DNA of 64,000 bases, from positions 11,691 through 75,690 of the forward strand of contig JAQBFN010000020.1 in NCBI GenBank assembly GCA_032123335.1, given 5' to 3'. The stretch is from Candidatus Micrarchaeota archaeon (GTDB lineage: Archaea > Micrarchaeota > Micrarchaeia > Anstonellales > Bilamarchaeaceae). Of this stretch, positions 49,857 through 58,647 are shown in pieces (position 1 is the stretch's first letter; every line of letters starts with the position of its first letter). Both the position numbers and the translations under genes were made by a program. Below the pieces are notes generated by a model that saw nothing but the letters and a program-made list of their open reading frames with translations, searched no databases and was not told where the DNA came from.

Positions 49857-51137
49857 TCACCTCTTCAATACAGTTACTGCAGAATGCATTCCGTATCCGT
49901 GGTTATGCACAACTGAAACCTCAGGCTCATCCTTAATTTGCCTTCCCTTGGCTTCACCCCTCATCTGCTTCACTGCCTCATAAATCTCCGCTCCTGCAGA
50001 TGCTGCGAATGCATGCCCCTTTGCGTGCCTTCCTCCGGAAGTGTTCATCGGCTTGTCTCCCTTGTAGGTCGTTCTCCCTTCAAGGACAGCTTCCCATGCT
50101 TCCCCTTTCTTGAAGTATCCGCAAATCTCTGATTCAATCAGATGGTAAATCTGCATGCAGTCATGCACGTCCAGGTAATCTATGTCTTTGGGCTTGATTT
50201 TTGCCATTTTCATTGCAGCCCCAAAGGCTTCCGTGTCCAGTGCCCAATCCGTTGGGTCGCGCCCATACCAGGGGTAGTTGCCCGAGGCCCAGTGGAACCC
50301 CTCAATTGATATCGGCTCTTTCCTGAAGTATTTCTTTGCCTCTTTCTTTGAGCTGATTAGGTAGGCCGATGCACCATCAACTGTGTTGAGTGCACTCTTT
50401 ACTCTTGAAGGCCATGCAAGGAACGGATTTTTCCTGCCCGTCCAGAATTCCCATGAGCTCTTGAATCCTGCTTTCTTTGCCTCCTGCTCCAGGGTAGTCT
50501 GCACATATGCCTTTGGATTCTTGGAACCGTGCAGCCTCACTGCTTTGTGGACTGCCCACATCACTTCATCCATTTTCTCCATAGGTATTCCATATTTTTT
50601 TGCATAACCCAGGGTTGGCAGCCCACCATATGCTGTTGCAATATCATATGCGTGGTGATATGCATATGCCTGGTCAACACCAAAGTCTGTCCAGTACCAA
50701 AGCATGCCCGGGTCAAGCGCTTCCTTTTTCAGCGGGTCATCCGTAGCTGTTGAAGAAAGTATCTCAGCCCCAACTACAAGAACATTCCTGTATTTTCCTG
50801 AGGCTATGTCCATAGCCGCAAGCCCCACACCAGTATTGGTTGTAGCGCATGCAGTTGCAAAATGCACCCCTGGCTTTCCCTGCAATCCCAGCCAATCTGC
50901 CATCTGCGTGTTGTGTGAATACAAATGTGAACTATGGCTGAGCATACTCCCAATATAGAACGCATCTATCTCCTTGGGGTCAATCCCTGCTTCATCTATT
51001 GCTTCAAAAGCAGCCTCGCACGCAAGTTCCTGGAAAGCCAACCCCTTAATTTCAGGGGTTTCAAGAACGCTTCCAAACTTTGTGCACCCTACACCAGTAA
51101 TTACCGGTTTTTCTCTTAAATTTCCAACATGGGCCAT
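49857..51137 (-). CDS. Thiolase, archaeal/SCP2-like type
   Basis: GVGCTKFG, TACAT catalytic Cys, VHDC, NTSGG...GH, HNHG; AGGAGG SD site. Confidence 0.92.
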   Translation of the reverse strand: MAHVGNLREKPVITGVGCTKFGSVLETPEIKGLAFQELACEAAFEAIDEAGIDPKEIDAFYIGSMLSHSSHLYSHNTQMADWLGLQGKPGVHFATACATTNTGVGLAAMDIASGKYRNVLVVGAEILSSTATDDPLKKEALDPGMLWYWTDFGVDQAYAYHHAYDIATAYGGLPTLGYAKKYGIPMEKMDEVMWAVHKAVRLHGSKNPKAYVQTTLEQEAKKAGFKSSWEFWTGRKNPFLAWPSRVKSALNTVDGASAYLISSKKEAKKYFRKEPISIEGFHWASGNYPWYGRDPTDWALDTEAFGAAMKMAKIKPKDIDYLDVHDCMQIYHLIESEICGYFKKGEAWEAVLEGRTTYKGDKPMNTSGGRHAKGHAFAASAGAEIYEAVKQMRGEAKGRQIKDEPEVSVVHNHGYGMHSAVTVLKR

Positions 51138-51204
51138 CAAATCTCCTCCTGGTGCAGGAACTCAGATAAGTATTATAAATATATTGCACTCCTGAAGGAA
51201 ATCC

Positions 51205-52257
51205 CTAGATCCACTTCCTCCTTTTGAAATACACAAACATAACGAGCGCAACCAGCAGCATAATCCCCAGCGCAAACGGGTACCCGTGCACCCACCCCAG
51301 TTCAGGCATGTACTGGAAGTTCATCCCATACAATCCCGTAATGAAGGTAAGCGGAATAAAGATAGTTGCAATAATCGTGAGCACCTTCATCACCTCATTC
51401 ATCTTGTTGCTGATGCTCGATAGGTACAGATCCACCATTCCCGAAAGGATATCCCGGTAAGTTTCAATCGTATCAATTACCTGGATTGTATGGTCGTACA
51501 CATCCCGCAGGTACCGCATCGTCCCTTTCTTTATCAGCTTTGATTCATTCCTGGTGAGTGTATTGATTACTTCCCTGAGCGGCCATATCCCCTTCCTCAG
51601 GTAAATCATGTCCCTCTTCATGCGGTGGATGTCCTGGAGCGTTTTGTTTGATGGGTTCAGTGTAAGCGCTTCTTCCAAGTCTTCTACCCTCTCTCCCGCA
51701 CCCTCCAGGATTACAAAATAATTATCCACAATCGCATCCAATAATGCATAAAGAAGGTAATCCGGGCCCATCTTCCTCATGCTTCCTTTCCCATCCCGTA
51801 TCCTCTTCCTCACCGAGTCAAAGATGTCCCCTTCATTCTCCTGGAAGGAGATTACAAAATCCTTTCCCAGTATGAAGCTGATTTGCTCGGACTCAACTTC
51901 CCCCTCTTTCTGGCCATTGTAGAACATCCTTGCCACAATAAACAGGTAATCCTCAAAATCCTCAACCTTCGGCCTTTGCTCAGTGTTCGCAATATCTTCC
52001 AGCACAAGCGGGTGCACCCCAAAATGCTTTCCTATTTTCTCAATCACGTTTACGTCGTGTACCCCATCCACATTTATCCAGGTGGTGCGCTTGTTTCCCT
52101 TGAACTCGTAGCAGCCCTCCACCTTCTTTACCGCCTTTTCTCTTACCCCCTTTTCATCATAATCAATTACAGAAATTGTTGCCTTCCCCCCCCTTCTTTC
52201 CCCAGTATGAACAATAGTTCCCGGAGGAAGCCCTTTCTTTTTAGAGCGCTTGGCCAT
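51205..52257 (-). CDS. corA: Mg2+/Co2+ transporter CorA
   Basis: GLPPGT, HPLVLEDI, QRPK, YGMNF, MPEL. Confidence 0.97.
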   Translation of the reverse strand: MAKRSKKKGLPPGTIVHTGERRGGKATISVIDYDEKGVREKAVKKVEGCYEFKGNKRTTWINVDGVHDVNVIEKIGKHFGVHPLVLEDIANTEQRPKVEDFEDYLFIVARMFYNGQKEGEVESEQISFILGKDFVISFQENEGDIFDSVRKRIRDGKGSMRKMGPDYLLYALLDAIVDNYFVILEGAGERVEDLEEALTLNPSNKTLQDIHRMKRDMIYLRKGIWPLREVINTLTRNESKLIKKGTMRYLRDVYDHTIQVIDTIETYRDILSGMVDLYLSSISNKMNEVMKVLTIIATIFIPLTFITGLYGMNFQYMPELGWVHGYPFALGIMLLVALVMFVYFKRRKWI

Positions 52258-52292
52258 GGTATCCCTAAGAAGGCAATATTAATAACCCTTAT

Positions 52293-52943
52293 TCAGCCCA
52301 TTCCCTTCATAATCAGGTACGCGCCGAACACAAAGAATATCGCCATTGCAAGGTAATTCCCGTACTTCTTCATCAGCACTCCCAGCGGCACAAGCACTTT
52401 CTTTGCCTTCTGCGGATACACCAGGTACACTGAAAGCGGCACAAGCACAGGGAGCAGGAAAAACAAATCACACATCAGCGTAACCGCAATCTCCTGCCCA
52501 AATACAATCCCGCTCTGGAACACTTCCTTTACCGCAGTTATGTTCAGCAGCACCGCATCAAAATTCAATATATTCGTAAGGAATCCAACAATGAACCACT
52601 TCACAAGCCCAGGCTTTCCGCCTTCCTTCTCCACTTTCGGACCTTTCTCCTTTGAAGGAAGCGCACTCATCACCCCAAACACAATAAACAAAACTCCCAG
52701 CACCAGGTCCATGGATGCACTTGGATGGATTGCCTTGATTTCCGCATCCGCTCCCCCTCCCCCCAAGAACGAGCCAATAAGCGCAAGTATAATTACAGTA
52801 ATTATTGCCCCAAGAAAAAACGCAAGCGTCCTCTTGATTGGATGGTTTTTCCCAGCAAGCAGCGCAACCGCTATCCCAAACACCACCGGAGACATGGTTG
52901 ATGCAACCGCAAGCGGAACTACCTTAATCAATAATTCAAACAC
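52293..52943 (-). CDS. GAP/Sap family membrane protein
   Basis: PLAVASTMSPV N-terminus; about six TMs; C-terminal FGAYLIMKG. Confidence 0.7.
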   Translation of the reverse strand: MFELLIKVVPLAVASTMSPVVFGIAVALLAGKNHPIKRTLAFFLGAIITVIILALIGSFLGGGGADAEIKAIHPSASMDLVLGVLFIVFGVMSALPSKEKGPKVEKEGGKPGLVKWFIVGFLTNILNFDAVLLNITAVKEVFQSGIVFGQEIAVTLMCDLFFLLPVLVPLSVYLVYPQKAKKVLVPLGVLMKKYGNYLAMAIFFVFGAYLIMKGMG

Positions 52944-52978
52944 GCTAACTGCTTCAGGAATTAATTATAAAAATAGAA

Positions 52979-53115
52979 TGCAGGTTAAGCGACCTAACCG
53001 GTCGCAGCCCAGCATTTTGAAAACAAAATCAGGTTAAGCAGTCTTGCGACTGCAGCCCTTCAAATTTTAAAAATAAAAACTTGCAGGTTAAGTGAACTGT
53101 GTTCACAGCCCTGCA
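52979..53115. repeat. Three tandem hairpin repeats downstream of tRNA-Leu
   Basis: CAGGTTAA-[6-bp stem, loop]-AGCCC units at 52979, 53029 and 53082. Confidence 0.85.
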
Positions 53116-53127
53116 TTTGAAAATAAA

Positions 53128-53213
53128 TGCAGGGGAAGGGATTTGAACCCTCGTAGGCACTAAGCCACTAGACCCTCAATCTAGCACGTTTGACCAAACT
53201 CCGCCACCCCTGC
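53128..53213 (-). tRNA. tRNA-Leu (GAG)
   Basis: GCAGGGG/CCCCTGC-A acceptor; CTAGA-ttGAGgg-TCTAG; long variable arm; GTTCAAATC. Confidence 0.95.
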
Positions 53214-53300
53214 GTATTCTAATATCCCATTAACTGTAGGATAAGTGTCTATCCTTTATCCTGCATATGTTTTTAAAAGATATTCCCGCGAATTCCACTC

Positions 53301-54158
53301 ATGAAAAGAGAGGATGCGGGCCATGCGGGCATTGTCGCATTCCTGGTGAATGTATTCCTATTCCTCATTAAGCTTGCAGCAGGATTGATTTCCGGAAGCC
53401 TCGCAATCCTTTCCGATGCATTCAATTCCTTTTTGGATATCCTCTCCTACCTGCTTGCATTCTTTTCCATAAAGGTTGCGCAGAAAGGCCCGGATGCAGA
53501 CCACCCCTTTGGCCACCGCAGAGCAGAGCCCCTCTCCGCTCTCATGATTGCAATATTCGCAGGTGTGCTTGCATTTGAAATCCTCAAATCAGCCGCAGAC
53601 AACATCATTTTAGGGGAGCCCATCCTTACCCTCACTCCCCTTGTTTTTGCAATAGTAATAATCTCGATAATTGTAAAGATCGGGGCCTATTTCTACCTCA
53701 AGCAAAAAGCAAAAGCTTCACTAAGCTCAACCCTTGAAGCGCTTTCCATAGATTCCAGGAACGACATCTTCGCATCTTCAATCGTCCTCATAGGAGTAGT
53801 CGGAGCCTACCTAAGCTCTCCAATCCTTGATGATGCTGCAGCCATTTTTATCGCCATCTATATCCTCTATTCCGGATACGAAATCGCAAGGAAGAATATA
53901 GATTACCTTATGGGCGCCCGGCCCCCAAAAGAAGTGCTTGGAGAGATACGGGCTGCCGCAAAATCAGTAAAAGCCGTAAAGAAATTCAAGGATATCCGTG
54001 CCCACTATGTAGGTGACCGTGTCCATGTGGAACTCTCAATAGTTCTCCCCAAGAACCTTAAAACAAAGAAAGCCCATGATATCGGTGAGCAGGTGCAGAA
54101 AGCAGTTGAAAAAGTAGCTCTGGTTTCCTATGCGTTCGTGCACATAGATTATGAATAA
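53301..54158 (+). CDS. Cation diffusion facilitator (FieF-like)
   Basis: SLAILSDA, PDADHPFGHRRAE, RND, AHDI, FVHID. Confidence 0.95.
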   Translation: MKREDAGHAGIVAFLVNVFLFLIKLAAGLISGSLAILSDAFNSFLDILSYLLAFFSIKVAQKGPDADHPFGHRRAEPLSALMIAIFAGVLAFEILKSAADNIILGEPILTLTPLVFAIVIISIIVKIGAYFYLKQKAKASLSSTLEALSIDSRNDIFASSIVLIGVVGAYLSSPILDDAAAIFIAIYILYSGYEIARKNIDYLMGARPPKEVLGEIRAAAKSVKAVKKFKDIRAHYVGDRVHVELSIVLPKNLKTKKAHDIGEQVQKAVEKVALVSYAFVHIDYE

Positions 54159-54168
54159 TCCTCTGCCA

Positions 54169-54201
54169 CTTTGGAGCGCTTCCTTGGAGGGCACTCCAAA
54201 G
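54169..54201. terminator. Hairpin between convergent genes
   Basis: CTTTGGAG...CTCCAAAG inverted repeat. Confidence 0.55.
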
Positions 54202-54203
54202 CG

Positions 54204-54614
54204 TCATTCTCCAATTACTTTTACTAAAACCCTCTTCCTTCTTCCCCCATCAAACTCACAATAGAATACCTGCTCCCAGGGCCCAAAGTCCAGCTTCCCA
54301 TCCGTAATCGGAAGCACAACCTGGTGCGCCATCAACTGCCTCCAGATATGCGCAGCCGCATTGCCCTCGCCCACATTATGCTTGTACTCCGCTTCGTATG
54401 GAACAAGCCGCTGCAGCGTCGCAATATAATCCTGGATAAGCCCGCCTTCATTATCATTCACAATAACCGCAGCAGTTATGTGCATCGGATTAACAAGGGC
54501 AAATCCCTCCGTTACCCCTGATTTCTCAACCACTTTCTCCACTTCATCCGTGATGCGCACAAACTGGATCTTCTCTTCAGTAGTGAACACCAGGTATTCC
54601 GTGTGCGACTTCAT
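54204..54614 (-). CDS. YjbQ/UPF0047 family protein
   Basis: HITAA..VNDNE, NAAAH, GPWEQVFYCEFDG. Confidence 0.93.
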   Translation of the reverse strand: MKSHTEYLVFTTEEKIQFVRITDEVEKVVEKSGVTEGFALVNPMHITAAVIVNDNEGGLIQDYIATLQRLVPYEAEYKHNVGEGNAAAHIWRQLMAHQVVLPITDGKLDFGPWEQVFYCEFDGGRRKRVLVKVIGE

Positions 54615-54623
54615 GGAAATCAA

Positions 54624-55151
54624 CTACTCAGTAAGGAGCAGGTGGTCAGCTTCAACTTTGATAAGTTCCCTGAAGAAGTACTTCACAGGCTCATCGGTGG
54701 ATTCCGCAGCGGCCATTTTGTAAGCCTCAATTGTGTTCTCCTCCCTCCTGCGGGTCTCCGCAAGGTTCTCCTCAATTGTTTCCCTTGCCTTGTCTTCTTC
54801 CAGCGCCAGCTCTTCTATATTTGGCATGGCCACCCCGAGTATCTTCACAATCGCAGATGCATGCTCCCTCTCAGCTTTCATGATTGCCTTGAACATCTTC
54901 TGCACCCACACCTCGTCTGAAGCCTTGGAAACGTTATTATAGAAATTAGTGGCTCCAACCTCAAGCTGGAGTGCCTCTTCCAGGTGCTTCCTTGAAATAT
55001 CGCTTATGGGCTTTCCCCAAACCGGCCCCCACTCATCCATTGGGACTACGTTTTCCTCATGCGCTCCGCAGAACGGGCACCTGCTTGGTGCTCCAGTGCC
55101 CAAATAAGGGTCCCCGCAAACCTTGCAAACAAACAATTGATACTTTCCCAT
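54624..55151 (-). CDS. Rubredoxin-like + ferritin-like (reverse rubrerythrin-like) protein
   Basis: CKVCG...CPFCGA; ExxH diiron motifs EREH and EADH. Confidence 0.88.
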   Translation of the reverse strand: MGKYQLFVCKVCGDPYLGTGAPSRCPFCGAHEENVVPMDEWGPVWGKPISDISRKHLEEALQLEVGATNFYNNVSKASDEVWVQKMFKAIMKAEREHASAIVKILGVAMPNIEELALEEDKARETIEENLAETRRREENTIEAYKMAAAESTDEPVKYFFRELIKVEADHLLLTE

Positions 55152-55210
55152 TTAACTCACCTTAACAAGTAGCACTCTCTTATCCAGTAAATTATAAAAA
55201 CACTATGAAT

Positions 55211-56344
55211 TCATGCACTCTCAGTAAACCTTCTGAGAACCCTAATCAGGTCCAGGTAGCTCTGCTTGCTCACCCACTCATCCGCAGAATGGTACTTTCC
55301 CCCAACCGGCCCGTAATCAATCACCGGAACTCCCGTTGTAGAAAACGCATTCTCATCACACACAGTATACCCATAGGTAAACTGGGGCTCCCCAACCTCT
55401 TCCCGCACTGCCTGTGCAAGCTTCCTAACGCACTCCGCATCCTCCGGAGTAACATATGGAGGCATATATGGAGTTTCCCTTCTTTTTATCTCCACAGTAA
55501 TCCTCCTTCCATCTATTTCCCGGAACTTCCCTTCCGCATAAAGCCCATCAACAAGTTTCCGTATCCCTGCAAGCACGCTTTCAGTAGTTTCCGGTGTAAC
55601 CAGATGCCTGTCCAGCTCAATAACCGCATTTTCCGGAAGCGAAAGCGAGCTTGTTTCCGCATATATTTTTCGTATAAACTGCGAACCCGAAGGTAATTTC
55701 TCATGGGAAGGCATCTCCGCACCCTCAAGCTCCATAACCAACCTTGCCGCTTCACTAATCGCACTGGTTCCCTTTGCTGATTGCGCCCCATGCATTGCCT
55801 GCCCCGGCACATTAATCTCATAAACTGCCCTTCCCCTCCTTCCAAGCACAATCGCATCCGCACGCCCAGGAGGCTCGGGGGAATCATTGATCTCAGGCAC
55901 AATTACGCATTGCACATCTTTCAAAATCCCTTCGTGCACAAGCGCCCATCCTCCCGCAGAATTGTTTTCCTCATCCACCCCAAAAGCAACCCTTACCCTT
56001 CTTTCACCCTGCCCTTCACATGCCTTGAGGATTGCAGCAATCCCTGCCTTCATATCATAAGCACCAAGCCCATACAGCTTATCCCCTTCCTCCCTAAGCA
56101 CAAATGGGTCTGAGCTCCACTCCCCATACCTAGGAACAGTATCCATGTGCCCATACAGCATAATGGGCTTCCCTTCACTCCCCCTGTCCCCAACCAAGCA
56201 GAATCTCCCCTCCGCAACCTCCACTCTCCTCGTAGAAAACCCAAGTTCCTTAAGCTGCCCTTCCAAAAACTCCCCAAGCTCCCGCTCATCCGGGAACACT
56301 GAATTAATTGAAACTAATTTCCCAAGCAGCTCAATCTCGTTCAT
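55211..56344 (-). CDS. M20 metallopeptidase/deacylase (ArgE/DapE/LysK-like)
   Basis: GHMDTV, GLGAYDMKAG, DEE, HSADE. Confidence 0.92.
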   Translation of the reverse strand: MNEIELLGKLVSINSVFPDERELGEFLEGQLKELGFSTRRVEVAEGRFCLVGDRGSEGKPIMLYGHMDTVPRYGEWSSDPFVLREEGDKLYGLGAYDMKAGIAAILKACEGQGERRVRVAFGVDEENNSAGGWALVHEGILKDVQCVIVPEINDSPEPPGRADAIVLGRRGRAVYEINVPGQAMHGAQSAKGTSAISEAARLVMELEGAEMPSHEKLPSGSQFIRKIYAETSSLSLPENAVIELDRHLVTPETTESVLAGIRKLVDGLYAEGKFREIDGRRITVEIKRRETPYMPPYVTPEDAECVRKLAQAVREEVGEPQFTYGYTVCDENAFSTTGVPVIDYGPVGGKYHSADEWVSKQSYLDLIRVLRRFTESA

Positions 56345-57366
56345 GCGTGTACGGCCCTCCTCATCCTTCTTGGCTCCACCCTCTGCGCAACCACAGGCCT
56401 CTGCATCTTTCCGAACGGAGCCCTATATTGGTATGCTCCTGTTCCGAGCCCATTCTCGCGCCTCCTGCCCCAGTGCGCATCAAACGATTCCCTGTACTTC
56501 CCTAGGAGCTCTGTTGCCTTCCGCCTCGCCAACCTCCTAATCTCATTCCCGGACCCATTCATTTTCCTTGCTTCCCTCCTCAGCCTCAAAAGCTCCCTTG
56601 CATCCGGGTCAGAAATGTAATTCTGCACAGCAGCCCAGAAGTTCCTCCCCTCCCCCTGGTAATTCACCCTCCTCACATCCTCAACGCTCATGCCCGGAGT
56701 AATTTGTGTGCATTCCCTCTGCGCAACCACAGGGCCTGTGTCTATTCCCCTGTCTATGAAGTGCGCGGTAACCCCTGTCCAGGAGTTCTCCCCGCGGTTT
56801 GCGCGTGCATGCGCATCCGCAGTAGGCGTATCCCCGGGCAAATCCGGAAGTATCGCCGGGTGGCTGTTTATAGTCGCCCCAAGGTACTCATTAAGGTAAG
56901 TCTTCCCCATAATAACCATCAATCTGTCCAGCATAACCAGGTCCACTCCCGCGCCCCCAAGAACATCCAGGAATTCCTGTTCATACCTCATTCTCTCAGC
57001 CCCATATTCTGCCCTTAGCCTCGCAAACTCAACTTCATTCCCTGCAGCTGCATTCCTCGAATCCCTCAGCTCCCTGAGCCTCTCGGAGCATACCCCCACA
57101 AACTCCACAGGGATATCCGTAAAGTCCCTGAGCGGAGGCTCCCTATCATCATATATAATAACTGCAAGCTCCACACGGGGCAAATTCAGTTCCCCTGCTT
57201 CCACCTGCTTATTGTGCTTGAGCATAAGGTTGTACACATGGGGAAGGTTTCCCCTGTGCGATGCATTGAGTGCACTGTCTGTTGCTGAAAGCGGCTCATC
57301 ATCGAGTTCCCTCGTGGAAACCGCATATGCGATCCTTATCGTTTCCGTATCCATTTTGCTCACCAT
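56341..57366 (-). CDS. PurN-like formyltransferase with extensions
   Basis: INSHPAILP, TGVTAHFIDRGIDTGPVVAQ (catalytic N, H, D present). Confidence 0.82.
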   Translation of the reverse strand: MVSKMDTETIRIAYAVSTRELDDEPLSATDSALNASHRGNLPHVYNLMLKHNKQVEAGELNLPRVELAVIIYDDREPPLRDFTDIPVEFVGVCSERLRELRDSRNAAAGNEVEFARLRAEYGAERMRYEQEFLDVLGGAGVDLVMLDRLMVIMGKTYLNEYLGATINSHPAILPDLPGDTPTADAHARANRGENSWTGVTAHFIDRGIDTGPVVAQRECTQITPGMSVEDVRRVNYQGEGRNFWAAVQNYISDPDARELLRLRREARKMNGSGNEIRRLARRKATELLGKYRESFDAHWGRRRENGLGTGAYQYRAPFGKMQRPVVAQRVEPRRMRRAVHA

Positions 57367-57378
57367 TCTCAAACCTTC

Positions 57379-57515
57379 ACGAATTTCGTATCGTTTCTCA
57401 CACTTTCTAACGAATTTCGTATAAACCATTATTACTTATCGTAGGTTTTTTAAACCTATCGCAGTTCCGCTACGGATGCAGCAACCCTTATAAAACTATT
57501 CTACGAATTTCGTAG
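57379..57515. promoter_or_regulatory. Three ACGAATTTCGT palindromic operators
   Basis: Exact copies at 57379-57389, 57410-57420 and 57503-57513 in the divergent intergenic region. Confidence 0.8.
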
Positions 57516-57516
57516 C

Positions 57517-57927
57517 ATGAAGAAAGATGAAAAAGACTCCAAGATTCTCTCTTTACTGAAGAAGAACTCCCGTGCAAGCAACACTGAAATCGCCAATGCA
57601 GTAGGTTTAAGCGAGGGCGCAGTCCGCCAGCGCATCAAGTCCCTGCTCCAGAACGGCACAATAAAGCGTTTCACAATAGAAACCAGCTCAGAAGCCGGAA
57701 ACCAGGCCATCGTAATGGTAAAAGCAAAAGGAAATACGAAGAAAATGATGGCGGAAATCTCCAAGCTCCCGGGTGTGCGTGCAGGGTTTGAAATCTCAGG
57801 CAGTTACGATGCCTGCCTAATCCTTTCTGCAGAAAACATGGAAGAACTGGATAAAAGGATAGATGAAATCCGTGCCCTCCCCACTGTAGAAGACACGCGC
57901 ACCTTCATAGTGCTGAAGGAATGGTAG
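57517..57927 (+). CDS. Lrp/AsnC regulator, LysM-like
   Basis: DEKDSKIL..L..NSR....EIA..VGLSEGAVRQRI...G.IKRFTI; EISGSYD. Confidence 0.92.
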   Translation: MKKDEKDSKILSLLKKNSRASNTEIANAVGLSEGAVRQRIKSLLQNGTIKRFTIETSSEAGNQAIVMVKAKGNTKKMMAEISKLPGVRAGFEISGSYDACLILSAENMEELDKRIDEIRALPTVEDTRTFIVLKEW

Positions 57928-57928
57928 T

Positions 57929-58642
57929 CTATCCTTTTCTTGCAAACAGAATGGCCCCAAGCGCCAGCAGCACAAATGCTGTTCCGCAATCCTCCTGGGG
58001 TGCAGGAACGCAAACCCCGTTTTCACAGGTTTCATCCCACCCGCAGTCCAAGGTGCCACTGCACTTTTTGGTGCCTGCACTAGGCCCACTGGAACCCGCA
58101 GCAGAAGCAATCTCCGAGCTCAAATCCTCAGGTGGCTTCCCATCAAATGTTGGGTCCGCAGGCTCAAGGGGCGCAGAAACAAGCCCATACTCCTCTCCCG
58201 CTAGATAATCTATCGCCATCAGGTCCCTGCTCTGCTCACTCATGTTCACGTACTCCTCATATGGCATCACAGAGGAAACCTTCCAGCTTCCCCCCACACT
58301 ATGCAGCAGCATCACATAATCCAGCTCATAATCGAAATTCTCTGCCCCGGAAACCGTTGCATTCAAGGAATACCCTGCCATTGCATATTCCCCCGAAGGA
58401 TCCGTTGCATATTCAAGCCCCCTGATATGGTACTCCTCCGTATCGTAAGCTTCCCATATCCCAAGCACCATCTGCATCTCATATTCTATTTCAGATGCAT
58501 CCAGGCCACTCGTATCCACATAATTCATGAATTCCTCAATGTTCTCATTTTTGTTTGCCGCATAATAGCCCGCAATCGTATCCTCAATCCCCGCAGCAAA
58601 CACAGCCGCAAACAAAATCACTGCAATCATCAGTTTCTTCAT
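57929..58642 (-). CDS. Secreted protein with NTF2-like region, Cys-rich module and CGx-CTERM tail
   Basis: Signal peptide; acidic domain ending GSWKVS; C-terminal DCGTAFVLLALGAILFARKG. Confidence 0.75.
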   Translation of the reverse strand: MKKLMIAVILFAAVFAAGIEDTIAGYYAANKNENIEEFMNYVDTSGLDASEIEYEMQMVLGIWEAYDTEEYHIRGLEYATDPSGEYAMAGYSLNATVSGAENFDYELDYVMLLHSVGGSWKVSSVMPYEEYVNMSEQSRDLMAIDYLAGEEYGLVSAPLEPADPTFDGKPPEDLSSEIASAAGSSGPSAGTKKCSGTLDCGWDETCENGVCVPAPQEDCGTAFVLLALGAILFARKG

Positions 58643-58647
58643 AATGT

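Noticed and set aside
52979..53115. Mini-CRISPR interpretation of the three repeats
   Set aside because: The variable parts are 15-17 bp self-complementary stems, the linkers are AT-rich and similar to one another, and there are no cas genes.
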